From: an uncultured Gemmatimonadales bacterium
GTDB taxonomy: Bacteria > Gemmatimonadota > Gemmatimonadetes > Longimicrobiales > Gaopeijiaceae
Direction: 5' to 3'
DNA length: 64,000 nt
NCBI GenBank assembly: GCA_963809895.1
Contig: CAWELD010000010.1
Span: 256,001 to 320,000 of the forward strand
A program made the position numbers and the translations under genes. Position 1 is the first letter of the stretch. Each line of letters opens with the position of its first letter. Shown here piece after piece: positions 28,901 to 37,425 of the stretch. The notes beneath the pieces are model-generated. The model saw only the letters and a program-made list of their open reading frames with translations, was not told the origin of the DNA and did not search any database.

Positions 28901-30896
28901 GGGCATCACGGCCAGAGGTGCGTGGGAGTGTGTGAAGCGGCACTTCCGGGAGAAGGGCAAGAACATCCAGGAGGAGCCGTTCACCGTGGTGGGCATCGGC
29001 GACATGAGCGGTGACGTCTTCGGCAACGGCATGCTCCTGTCCCGGAAGATCCGGCTCATCGCGGCCTTCGATCACCGGCACGTGTTCGTGGACCCGGATC
29101 CCGATCCCGAGGCCTCGTACCAGGAACGGGAGCGACTCTTCTCACTGGGGCGCTCCTCGTGGGAGGACTACGACGCCAGCGTCCTGAGCGAAGGCGCCCT
29201 TATCGTACCCCGTGGGGCGAAGGAGGTGGAGCTCTCGCCCCAGGCTCGATCGGCCCTGGGGATGCCGGAGGATACGGGCATCATCGATGGAGAGACCCTG
29301 GTGCGCGCCGTACTGCGGGCGCCGGTGGAGCTGCTCTGGAACGGCGGCATCGGCACCTACGTGAAGGCGGACTTCGAATCCCACGGCGAGGCCGGTGATG
29401 CATCGAACGACGCGGTCCGCGTGGATGCCGGGGAGCTGCGCTGCCAGGTCGTCGGCGAAGGAGGCAATCTCGGACTGACCCAGGCCGCGCGCGTGCAGTA
29501 CGCCTTGAGGGGCGGGCGCATCAACACCGATGCCCTGGACAATTCGGGTGGCGTGTCGCTCTCGGACCGCGAGGTCAATCTGAAGATCCTCCTGGGGCCC
29601 GCCGTGCAGGCCGGTGCTCTGTCCGAGGATGATCGCAACGACCTGCTGGAGCGTCTCACCGATCAGGTCGCCGACCTCGTCCTGTACGACAACTGGTCCC
29701 AGAGTCTCGCCATCTCGCTGGACGAGCTCCGGGTCGAGGACATGCTGGACGAGTTTCGGGATCTGATGACGGGCCTCGAGCGAGACGGGCTGCTGGACCG
29801 GGCCGCCGAAGGTCTGCCCTCCATGGAGATCCTGGTGGAGCGGGCCGACGCCGGCCACGCGCTCACCCGACCGGAGCTGTGCGTGCTTCTCGCCTACGCC
29901 AAGCTCTCGGTGAAGGCACATCTGTTGAAGAGCCCGCTGCCCGACGATCCGGCGCTGGAGAGCTACCTGCTGCACTACTTTCCCACGCAGGCCACCTCGG
30001 AGGCCGGCGCGGATCGGCTCAAGCAGCACCGTCTGCGCCGGGAGATCGTGACGAGCCAGGCGACGAACGACGTCGTGGACCTCATGGGAGCGAGCTTCGT
30101 GCACCGCGTCGCGCGGGACACGGGCCGGGGGGCCGACGAGGTCGTGCGCGCGTGGATGGTGGCGGCCCGACTGGCCGATCACCGCGCCCTGCTCCGCGAG
30201 CTCGCCGTGCCCGGCAGGCCGCTTCGTACCACCGATGCGTACCGTTGGTTGCTGGGCCTCGGAAGGGTGCTGGAGCGTACCACGCGCTGGGTGTTGTACA
30301 ACACGGGGCCCGACGATTCGGCCACCGACATCATCGGCCGGAATGCCGGTGGCCTGCGCACGCTCCGGAGCCACTTCCACGACATCGTTGCGGGTCACGA
30401 CCGGGAGGTCTTCGAGGGACGGGTCGAGGAGCTCATGGCCCTGGGCTCGGACGAGGACTTCGCCAGGGAGCTCATCACCTTGCGCTTCCTGGACCAGCTC
30501 CTGGAGGTCCTTCGCATCGCCCGCGAAACGGACTCCGACGCGCTGGACGCCGCGCGGGCGTACTACAGGGTGTCGGATCTCATGCATGTGCCCTGGCTGC
30601 GGGAAGCCATCTTCGAGAGCGCCGAAGACGACCGCTGGGAGCAGCGCGCCGCGCAGGCGTTGGCCGACGACCTCAGCCGTGCCCACCACCGCATGGTGGC
30701 CCAGGTCATGCGCAAGCGGGACGGCGGCCCCGACGTGGGCGAGGCGGCCACCCGACTCCTGGAGCATCGGGCCCGCGACGTGGAGCGGTTCAGACGGCTG
30801 CTGGAAGAGATCCGTGCCGAAGACGTCATGACGCTGTCCGGGTTTTCCGTGGCCGTGCGCGAGATGACCGTGCTCTCGGAGAAGATGGGCGCCTGA
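25986..30896 (+). CDS. gdhB: Large NAD-specific glutamate dehydrogenase
   Basis: About 1636 aa; ARGGIRWSDR, KNAVIVPGGSKGGF, YLVVAADKGTA, GDMSGDVFGNG, EGGNLG motifs. Confidence 0.95.
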   Translation: MSDTTQAAVTRVRKDSPTVDAVCRQLERHVSADECALVIEFAEIFFSKTPPGFLHERSTDALAHLVLGAFRFLQGSRPDRVDVQVFNPDVDNEGWYAPVTLIRTNLSERPFIVDTIREFLHAQELPIEQNIYPVLHVGRDETGEVVEVKPSREGVRRESLVHCEIARVADEDTLERIRQELQSRLEDVVRATDDFQAMRAEADAIIEEMDLRAAELPARRAELEEIQAFLRWLRDGAFVFLGYRGYDLVPQDGERAVRVEAGSGLGVLRDESASTFSEPVALSELPGGMRELVEGGPLLIISKTNAESTVHRRARMDYIGVKKMGPDGAIHGEHRFLGLFTSKAFAEEAERIPILREKLQTILEDAGVQEGSHDYKEINTIFNSMPKEELFLTSAVEIGADVQTVLTTYHADDVRVTLRGDPLRRGVSVMVILPKDKFSSEVRRQIERALVEMFHGEALNYHLALSEAEQARLHFYMAATPDRIEHVEASHLEAMLTELIRSWEDRVREGLERVRPADEARRLARRYGDAFSPEYQAATPALTAVQDILELEAMAADRRPVAVAFANPDVSPAAPGGERVTELKLYLQGERLVLSDFMPILENCGLRVIAVNPFDVEGSDVQRAIIYTFAVQDSEGRPLEVEGRGSLLGQAILAVRAGDASNDGLNSLVLGVGLHWREVDVLRTYAGYAFQVGAVPSRISLPSALTKHTDVARIFFDWFRARFDPAAGATVEDRLPAVDDIRRSFTAALASVELLSDDRALRRMAVLLDATLRTNYYRHGGRTPTRRSGGAPYISLKFDARRLDSIQKTRLRYEVYVRSSRMEGVHLRGASVARGGIRWSDRPDDFRIEILGLVKTQMVKNAVIVPGGSKGGFIATRLPADPEARGEEGKEQYRTLIRGLLDLTDNLDPSGATVPPENVVCWDDPDPYLVVAADKGTAKFSDVANGVSAEYGFWLGDAFASGGSHGYDHKVVGITARGAWECVKRHFREKGKNIQEEPFTVVGIGDMSGDVFGNGMLLSRKIRLIAAFDHRHVFVDPDPDPEASYQERERLFSLGRSSWEDYDASVLSEGALIVPRGAKEVELSPQARSALGMPEDTGIIDGETLVRAVLRAPVELLWNGGIGTYVKADFESHGEAGDASNDAVRVDAGELRCQVVGEGGNLGLTQAARVQYALRGGRINTDALDNSGGVSLSDREVNLKILLGPAVQAGALSEDDRNDLLERLTDQVADLVLYDNWSQSLAISLDELRVEDMLDEFRDLMTGLERDGLLDRAAEGLPSMEILVERADAGHALTRPELCVLLAYAKLSVKAHLLKSPLPDDPALESYLLHYFPTQATSEAGADRLKQHRLRREIVTSQATNDVVDLMGASFVHRVARDTGRGADEVVRAWMVAARLADHRALLRELAVPGRPLRTTDAYRWLLGLGRVLERTTRWVLYNTGPDDSATDIIGRNAGGLRTLRSHFHDIVAGHDREVFEGRVEELMALGSDEDFARELITLRFLDQLLEVLRIARETDSDALDAARAYYRVSDLMHVPWLREAIFESAEDDRWEQRAAQALADDLSRAHHRMVAQVMRKRDGGPDVGEAATRLLEHRARDVERFRRLLEEIRAEDVMTLSGFSVAVREMTVLSEKMGA

Positions 30897-30919
30897 GGCA
30901 GCGGTCCGGCCAGACGCGC

Positions 30920-30953
30920 GAATGCCCCGCCGGACGCATCCGGCGGGGCATTC
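30920..30953. terminator. Probable bidirectional terminator hairpin
   Basis: Perfect 15-bp stem GAATGCCCCGCCGGA, 4-nt loop, TCCGGCGGGGCATTC, between convergent genes. Confidence 0.75.
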
Positions 30954-30975
30954 TGTCTCGAGTCGCGCCACTACA

Positions 30976-31386
30976 CTAGCGCGCGGCTTTCAACACGTCG
31001 TCGACGTAGGAGTCCACGTTGGCGAGCACCTTGACCAGGTCCTTGCGTGCCTCGGCGGCAGACAGGTCGCCGGCGAATTTGAGCAGCACCTTGCGAATGG
31101 CATCGCGATCGCCGTTGGAGCCGGCGGCCTGGGCGGCGGCCTTCCTGCGCGAGACACGGCGCCGCGGGCGCGCAGGCTTGGCCTCCTTCTGCTTGTCCTT
31201 CGCAGCCGCAGCTTGCCGCCGCTTGATCTGTAGCGGATAACGGGCGTGGAACTGCCGAACGGTGAGTTGTTTCACCGAGGGGAGCGTGCCCTTCGCCTTC
31301 TCGTAGAGGTCAGAGGTCTTCGCATCGGGATTCTTGCGAAGCTCGTCCTGGACGAAGGACATGACCTTGTCGTCGGTCTTCGCCAT
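30976..31386 (-). CDS. Basic hypothetical protein, candidate nucleic-acid-binding
   Basis: 136 aa, K/R/A-rich; strong SD AGGGAGGT 7 nt upstream; has its own promoter and terminator. Confidence 0.8.
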   Translation of the reverse strand: MAKTDDKVMSFVQDELRKNPDAKTSDLYEKAKGTLPSVKQLTVRQFHARYPLQIKRRQAAAAKDKQKEAKPARPRRRVSRRKAAAQAAGSNGDRDAIRKVLLKFAGDLSAAEARKDLVKVLANVDSYVDDVLKAAR

Positions 31387-31433
31387 CTTGGATACCTCCC
31401 TGGGGGGGGATGGATTGTCGGTACAGTCCTCCC

Positions 31434-31461
31434 ATTATGCCAGGATTGTCGTCTCTGTCAA
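31434..31461 (-). promoter_or_regulatory. Near-consensus sigma70 promoter
   Basis: TTGACA (31461-31456), 16-nt spacer, CATAAT (31439-31434) on the minus strand. Confidence 0.65.
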
Positions 31462-31484
31462 CGACGCCCTCTGCGATAGTCACC

Positions 31485-32089
31485 ATGGATGCTTCGGAAA
31501 TCACCGGACTACTGGACTTTCTGCGGGCTGCGGAACAGCTGAAGAGCACATATCGCAGCGCCTGGACCTCGACGGGCGAGCGGGAGAGCACAGCCGAGCA
31601 CACCTGGCGATTGAGCCTGATGGCCGTGCTCGTCGGCCCGGACTATCCGGACGTCGATGTGGGACGACTATTGCAGATCTGTGTCGTTCACGATCTGGGC
31701 GAGGCCGTCGGTGGCGATATTCCAGCGGTGGACCAGGATCCGGCGGTCAGCAAGGCGCCCGGGGAACGCGAGGACCTGGCAGCTTGACCGAATCCCTGCC
31801 GTCACGGTTGGGTCGGCGACTGCTGGATCTATGGGATGAATACGAGGCGGCGGAGACGGCCGAGGCGCGTTTGGCCAAGGCGCTGGACAAGCTCGAGACG
31901 ATCCTTCAGCACAATCAGGGACGGAATCCCCCGGACTTCGACTACCGCTTCAACCTCGACTATGGGAGGCGCTACACGGCGGGCGATCCTCTCGTGGAAG
32001 CGCTCCGGGCGCACCTGGACCGCGAGACGGAGGCGCGAGCGCGGGCCGCCGAGGTGCGCGACGCCGGGGCGGAGGACGCCGAGGCATGA
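31485..32089 (+). pseudogene. HD-domain hydrolase (HDDC2/YfbR-like), one-base frameshift near 31783
   Basis: ESTAEHTWR and VVHDLGE in the first frame, ending at TGA 31785-87; LWDEYE...AKALDKLE continues in the -1 frame. Confidence 0.8.
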
Positions 32090-32093
32090 AGAG

Positions 32094-32729
32094 TTACCCG
32101 CCGCCCAACCTCAGCCCCACCGTGAGCCATGGCGTGGTCAGGTCCGAGCCCCGGATGCGACCGGGGCCCTCGACCTGATAGACGATACGGTATCCCAGGG
32201 AGACGTCGAGGGCGACGGGGCCGGTCCGAAACACCTCCACGGCGAGGCCGGGCTCCACGATCCCCAGGGTCTCGGAGCCCACGGTGGTGCCCACGACCAG
32301 ATCCCGCAGCGTGGCGACGCCGGCCCCCACCAGGACGCGCGCCTGTACCGGGACGGGTGCCTGGGGGATCTCGAGCTCTGCGGTGATCCCTCCGTAGCCC
32401 AGACTCAGGGTCCGCTCGGGCCCGGTGCGTTCCGGAGCGTCGTCCACGGCCTTCAGAACCCGATAACCGCCGCCGCCCAGCCAGAGCCCCGGGAGGATGC
32501 TCACCAGGGCGCGCCCCCCCGCCAGGAAACCCGGGCGGTCGACGAGCCGGGCCCAACGCAGGTCCAGCTCGAGAATGGCGCGCGCGCGGTGTTCGGCGTC
32601 GGCCGCCGTGGCGGAGTCGGCAGGGACCTGGCCACGGGCACTCCCGGGGGCCGCCAGTAGCGCGACCCCCAGGAGCATCTCCAGCGCGAGGCGCCGGATC
32701 AGCCGCCGGTCCGTTGCCCGTCGCGGCAT
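32094..32729 (-). CDS. Hypothetical secreted protein, likely outer-membrane beta-barrel
   Basis: Signal-like N-terminus, amphipathic beta strands, C-terminal LTVGLRLG; start uncertain. Confidence 0.6.
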   Translation of the reverse strand: MPRRATDRRLIRRLALEMLLGVALLAAPGSARGQVPADSATAADAEHRARAILELDLRWARLVDRPGFLAGGRALVSILPGLWLGGGGYRVLKAVDDAPERTGPERTLSLGYGGITAELEIPQAPVPVQARVLVGAGVATLRDLVVGTTVGSETLGIVEPGLAVEVFRTGPVALDVSLGYRIVYQVEGPGRIRGSDLTTPWLTVGLRLGGG

Positions 32730-33178
32730 GACCGCCACTCGGAGGCTTCACCGGTTCGAGGATCGGGCGGGAGCGTGCGGCGCGCCCGCGGCATCCGGTC
32801 CGGTGCGTCGGCGGCCATGTACGCCAGCATGGCCGTGAGCACCGCGTTGGACCGCACCTCGTCCAACACGAGCTTGTCGAAGGTGTCTCGGTTCGTGTGC
32901 CAGGTGTACGTGCCGTAGTTCTCGAGCCTGGCGTCGATGCCCCAGCCGTCGTAGGTGGCGACGGCCCAGGCCTGCGCGGCCTCGGACTGCGGTGAGCCGG
33001 TAAGACGCGGGCCCAGCGAGTCCATGAGGGTCTGGGCCAGCGCCGGCACCTCGGAGCGCTGCATCCCCTCGGTCCAGATGCCCTGCAGGACCGGATCTTC
33101 GGTGGCGAAATCCTGGGCCGCGAGGGCGGGGGTGCCGAGCAGGAGCGCGGCAAGCCCGTACCGGATGGCGCGTGACAT
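32699..33178 (-). pseudogene. Internally deleted M28 (carboxypeptidase Q-like) peptidase: N- and C-termini fused in frame
   Basis: Signal peptide and LMDSLGPRLTGSP N-terminus join directly to YTWHTNRDTFDK C-terminus. The catalytic GAxDNxxG and EE motifs are absent. 159 aa. Confidence 0.7.
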
Positions 33179-33373
33179 GTCGTGTCTCTCCTTCCGTGGG
33201 TCGTACCCGGGGAACAGCGGTGGGAGGACCCTGCCCCGACGTTCGTGGGCCAAGTATACAGGACGCGGACAGGTGCGGACATGGGGACTGCGCCTTCGTC
33301 TCCGAAGTGGTAGGTTGCGCCGCTGTAGCTCCGAGCGAGCTCCGACCAGTTTCTCGTCCTCGCCCCCCGCGCC

Positions 33374-34042
33374 ATGCCGTCGACCACCCGTCGTTCGCAA
33401 CTTCGCCCGCGCACCCGTCGCATCGCGCGGCACGGTCTCCTCGCCGTGGCGTGCGCCATCGCGGGTTGGCTGGTCACCGTGGCCCTGGCACCGTCGAACC
33501 GACTGTTCCAGTTGAGCATGGCGTCGGCCTACGTGGGATTGACGCTGTGGGCGGCGACGCTGTTGCTCGGTCCCTGGAACGTGCTCCGTCGAGCCCCCAA
33601 CCCCGTGAGCACGTATGTGCGCAGGGACGTGGCCATCTGGGCGGGGCTGGTGTCGCTGTTCCACGTCGCGGTGGGGCTGCAGCGGCATATGTCGGGGCGC
33701 TTCTGGCAGTACTTCGTGTTTCCCGACGGACACGGCCCACTCCTGGGCCTCCGCTACGACGCCTTCGGCCTGACGAACTGGCTGGGGCTGGCGGCGACGC
33801 TCGTGCTGCTGGTGCTGCTGGCGCTCTCCAACGACGCGGCGCTTCGCACGCTCGGAAAGCGCCGCTGGAAGTTTCTGCAGCGCTGGAGCTATCCGGCGTT
33901 CGCGGCGGTGATCCTGCACGGCTTCGCGTTCCAGCTCATCGAGAATCGTGCGGTGGCCTGGATCGTCGTGGTGGGGCTCGTCCTGGTGGTCGTGCTGGTG
34001 GGGCAGCTCGCCGGGTTTCGGAGGGTCGCGAGCCCGGACTGA
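33374..34042 (+). CDS. Ferric reductase-like transmembrane protein (MsrQ/YedZ-like)
   Basis: About 6 TM helices, RRDVAIW, TM His residues, LSND..LRTLG.RRWKFLQRWSY motif. Confidence 0.8.
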   Translation: MPSTTRRSQLRPRTRRIARHGLLAVACAIAGWLVTVALAPSNRLFQLSMASAYVGLTLWAATLLLGPWNVLRRAPNPVSTYVRRDVAIWAGLVSLFHVAVGLQRHMSGRFWQYFVFPDGHGPLLGLRYDAFGLTNWLGLAATLVLLVLLALSNDAALRTLGKRRWKFLQRWSYPAFAAVILHGFAFQLIENRAVAWIVVVGLVLVVVLVGQLAGFRRVASPD

Positions 34043-34056
34043 GTGGGGCCGGATGC

Positions 34057-34087
34057 AGAAAGGGGGCCCCGCCGAAGCGGGACCCCC
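34057..34087 (-). terminator. Rho-independent terminator with C(UUCG)G tetraloop
   Basis: Minus strand GGGGGTCCCGC-TTCG-GCGGGGCCCCC-TTTCT, downstream of the lipoprotein gene. Confidence 0.75.
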
Positions 34088-34114
34088 GATCCTCAACCGG
34101 TCAGGTGCGTTGCG

Positions 34115-35020
34115 TCAGTCGTCGCAGTGGCCGGGACCCGTGGTGCCCTCGTTGAAGTCGGTGAGGGCCGTATTCAGGGCGCTGGTCTCGCTGGGCGAGA
34201 GATAGCCACCACCCACCGGCGGAACCACCAGGTCGCCGATCATGGCATCGGCGGCCGCGATGTCGGGATTGACCTCCGGGAAGCCCCAGGTGTTCAGCTT
34301 GGCGGCGATGAGCTGCGTGGCGAGCGAGATCAGGCCGTTCCCCCTGGTGGGGGCGTCCATGATGCTCAGGAGCTCTTCCTTCGTGTAGCTCACGTCACCG
34401 AGCATGAAGCCGCCCTCGGTGCCGGCCGGCCAGGCGTCGGGATCGAACTTGCCGTTGTGCTTCATCTCGCCGGCGTGGGTCTTCCAGAAGCCCTGCGTGA
34501 GGGTGCAGAACTCGATGGGCTCCAGCTTGTTGAAGTAGGTCACCACGGAGCCGTGGAAGGCGTTGCCGCCGACGGCCGCCTCGGCGCCGTTGATCGAGTA
34601 CGAGAGGGGAGAATTGACCTCTACCTTGTCGAGCGTCACACCCGCCGGAAGGTTGACTTCTTCCACGGTCACCGTCGTCACTGGATCCACCTCTGGGTCC
34701 TGGGCGGGTCCGGAGGCCCAGACCTGGACGCAGTCGCCGGGGTCCAGGGAGAACGACGCCCCGGCGCTCAACGTGCCGTTGGCGGCCCCGCTCTGGGAGA
34801 CCGTGAAGTCGTATGTACCGGCTGGGCTGTCGGTATCCTTGCAGACCCAGACCTGGGCCGAAACCGGGTCGTCACCCACCTGGATGTCACTGGCACGGAC
34901 TGTCCCAACGGCCTCGGGAGTCGCCACCGGCGAGGTGGGCTCGGAGCAGGCCGCGGCGAGAATGAACGTCGACAGGATCGCACCCCGGATCACACCGGGA
35001 CGCAGGTTCGGGAGGGACAT
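34115..35020 (-). CDS. Hypothetical lipoprotein
   Basis: Lipobox LAAAC; beta-rich N-domain with a Cys pair; C-domain CTLTQGFWKTH...LATQLIAAKLN...GPGHC. Confidence 0.8.
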   Translation of the reverse strand: MSLPNLRPGVIRGAILSTFILAAACSEPTSPVATPEAVGTVRASDIQVGDDPVSAQVWVCKDTDSPAGTYDFTVSQSGAANGTLSAGASFSLDPGDCVQVWASGPAQDPEVDPVTTVTVEEVNLPAGVTLDKVEVNSPLSYSINGAEAAVGGNAFHGSVVTYFNKLEPIEFCTLTQGFWKTHAGEMKHNGKFDPDAWPAGTEGGFMLGDVSYTKEELLSIMDAPTRGNGLISLATQLIAAKLNTWGFPEVNPDIAAADAMIGDLVVPPVGGGYLSPSETSALNTALTDFNEGTTGPGHCDD

Positions 35021-35221
35021 GGATGGAACCCCTTGCTTGGGAGGGAGAAGCGGTCGGGCCGCGGTTCAGTCTTGAAGAATCCTTGAAGGAATCGTGCCGG
35101 ACGAAGTGTGGCGGAATTCCGCGGCATTTTCCGTCCGCTCTGTGGTAGGCGCGCAGCAGTTCTGTTGAAGTCACGCGACGTTGTGGTGCACGTGCAGCAC
35201 CGAAGCGCCGCGGACCTCCCG

Positions 35222-36208
35222 CTACTGGCCGAGGCCTACGCCGACCTGCTCGAGGATGCGGGCGACACCCAGCGTCTCCGTGGGCGATACCGGACTCTCC
35301 TCGCCGCACTCCGCGGCCAGGTGGAATCGCCGTACGAGCTCTCGCAGCCCTGGGTAGGCGGGCTCCCGCGTGGCGCCGCGCAGCAGGAGGTTGGCAGTCG
35401 CGCGGCCGAGCACACGGCCCGAAAGGACCAGCGGCCGGACGATCTTGGATGCCCGCGAAACGCCACCTCTGTCGATGACGGAGAACCCGTGGAAGAGATC
35501 GGCGTGTGCAGTGCCTTCGGTACCCAGAAGCTCCAACCCGGCCCGGGTCGGGCGCCCCGCCATGGACACCAGGATGTCGAACGAGGTGCGGTCCCGACTC
35601 CCGACGAGCCTCACTTCGCCCGGTGCGGTGCGGTGCACGCTCCAGACTCCGTCCTCGAGTGATCCGGGGACGAACGCGTGCGCCAGGGAGAGGAAGTGCG
35701 GCAGCACCTCGAGGGCCACGCGATCCCGCTCCGCGTCCGTCCGCTCCTCGGCGCCGGCCGAGCACACGGTTCCCCGAACATGGAGGATCGACCCGAGACT
35801 CGCGTCGCCGTCTCGCAGCAGGCGCAGAACGCCCCGCTGGAAGGGAAACTGGTGGACCGGAGCCAGCAGGCGGTTTGCCGAAAGGGCGGCCTCCAGCAAG
35901 GACCTGGTGGTGCGCAGATCTTCGGCCAGGGGTTTCTCGACCAGGACGTGCCGGCCCTCGGCCAGGGCACGCATGGCCAGCGGTGCGTGTGTTCCGGCAG
36001 GTGTGCAGAGATGGATGACAGGCGCCGACAGCGCCTGCAGGGCCTCTTCGAGCCTCTCGAAGGAGCGAGCACCGCGGTGGCGGGCGGCCAGGCGCTCGGC
36101 TCGCGCGACATCGGGATCCACGACGCCCAGCACGTCGCCCCCGGTGCTCTCCACGGCGTGGGCGTGCCAGCGGCCCATGAGGCCGGCGCCCACCACGACG
36201 GCGTCCAT
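35222..36208 (-). CDS. Gfo/Idh/MocA oxidoreductase
   Basis: GAGLMG Rossmann motif, HVLVEKP. Confidence 0.85.
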   Translation of the reverse strand: MDAVVVGAGLMGRWHAHAVESTGGDVLGVVDPDVARAERLAARHRGARSFERLEEALQALSAPVIHLCTPAGTHAPLAMRALAEGRHVLVEKPLAEDLRTTRSLLEAALSANRLLAPVHQFPFQRGVLRLLRDGDASLGSILHVRGTVCSAGAEERTDAERDRVALEVLPHFLSLAHAFVPGSLEDGVWSVHRTAPGEVRLVGSRDRTSFDILVSMAGRPTRAGLELLGTEGTAHADLFHGFSVIDRGGVSRASKIVRPLVLSGRVLGRATANLLLRGATREPAYPGLRELVRRFHLAAECGEESPVSPTETLGVARILEQVGVGLGQ

Positions 36209-36233
36209 CAGACCCGGGACCCCGTACGGCCAG

Positions 36234-37340
36234 TCACGACCGGGCGCCCAGCGAGACATCGGTGAGGCCCTTCGCCTCGTCCGAATCCAGGGCGAGCCGC
36301 CGGCCGGTAGCGGCGGCATGGTAGCAGGCCACGATCACCTCCAGCACGTCGCGCCCCCAGCGCCCGTCGCTCGGCGGCGCGCCGCCCTCGCGGAACGCCG
36401 CGAGTGTTTGCTCCAACACCGAACGCGTCGCGAAAACCATGGGGTCTCTGGGATTCCGGGCCAGCACCCGCCGTCGGCCCGACTCTTCCTGCCACGCCAG
36501 CCCGGAGGCCCCCAGCTCGAGCCGTACATGGGGTCGGGTCGAGCGGAAGAGCCCGGCGCTCACGCGGGCGCGGCCACCGAACGAGGCACGCAGGGACGCA
36601 GTCCGCGTATCGGCCCGTACCTCGAAGTACTGACGCTCGCCCTTGCAGACGCGATTCTGCACGAGGTTGGCGAGGCGTCCTCCCGAGAACTCCAGGGTCG
36701 CCACCACGACGGCGTCGGATCCCTCGGCTGTCACGGCACAGTCCGACGTCAGCGCCTGGACGGCCCGGGGTTGCTCTCCGAACAGCGCCATGAGGTAGTC
36801 GATCTGATGGACACCGGCTTCGAAGAGGGTGCGGTGCAGCATGCCTCCGCGCCATCCGCCTTCCGCCGACGGCGGGAGATCGATGAGCTGCCACGCCTGT
36901 GCGAAGACCACGTTCCGACCCTCGCCGGCGGCCGCCCGCAACGCCTTGAAGATCGGCATCTCCCGGAACTCGTGGTTCAGGGCGACTTGCCGGTCCGCGG
37001 CGCGGGCTGCGTCGAGAATGCGGTCGGCTTCCGCCAGGCTGCAGACGAAGGGCTTCTCACAGATCACGTGGGCGCCTGACGACAGCGCCCGCACGGCATG
37101 GTCCAGATGGGTCTCCGGTGGCGTGGCGACGATGACCACGTCGGGGTCCGCGTTCTCGAGCATGCGGGCGACGTCGTCGAACACCGGGACTCCCCAGGTC
37201 GAGGAGGCTCGCCGGCGCATGGCCTCGGAGACGTCGCATCCCCCGACCACCTCGATGCCGTCAAGCCCCGCCAGGGCAGGAAGGTGGAGCGTGTGACCGG
37301 CCTCTCCCAGGCCGATGATGGCGACGGTGTCGACGGACAA
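36234..37340 (-). CDS. Gfo/Idh/MocA oxidoreductase
   Basis: IIGLG, ATPP..H, HVICEKP, GVHQID; start (TTG 37340) uncertain. Confidence 0.85.
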   Translation of the reverse strand: MSVDTVAIIGLGEAGHTLHLPALAGLDGIEVVGGCDVSEAMRRRASSTWGVPVFDDVARMLENADPDVVIVATPPETHLDHAVRALSSGAHVICEKPFVCSLAEADRILDAARAADRQVALNHEFREMPIFKALRAAAGEGRNVVFAQAWQLIDLPPSAEGGWRGGMLHRTLFEAGVHQIDYLMALFGEQPRAVQALTSDCAVTAEGSDAVVVATLEFSGGRLANLVQNRVCKGERQYFEVRADTRTASLRASFGGRARVSAGLFRSTRPHVRLELGASGLAWQEESGRRRVLARNPRDPMVFATRSVLEQTLAAFREGGAPPSDGRWGRDVLEVIVACYHAAATGRRLALDSDEAKGLTDVSLGARS

Positions 37341-37425
37341 GCCCGACTCCGGTGTTGAGGGTGACGCCAGGACGCGACCACGTGCGCGCCGGCGGCGCTG
37401 AAGGTAGACGTGGAGGCCTGCTCTG

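Noticed and set aside
30920..30953. Hairpin as a REP/MITE element (contains GCCGGATGCG on the minus strand)
   Set aside because: I saw only one copy in the window, and its position between convergent genes fits a terminator.
31785..31787. TGA inside the HD-domain gene as a second Sec codon
   Set aside because: The conserved protein continues in a different frame and the position is not a Cys site, so this is a frameshift.
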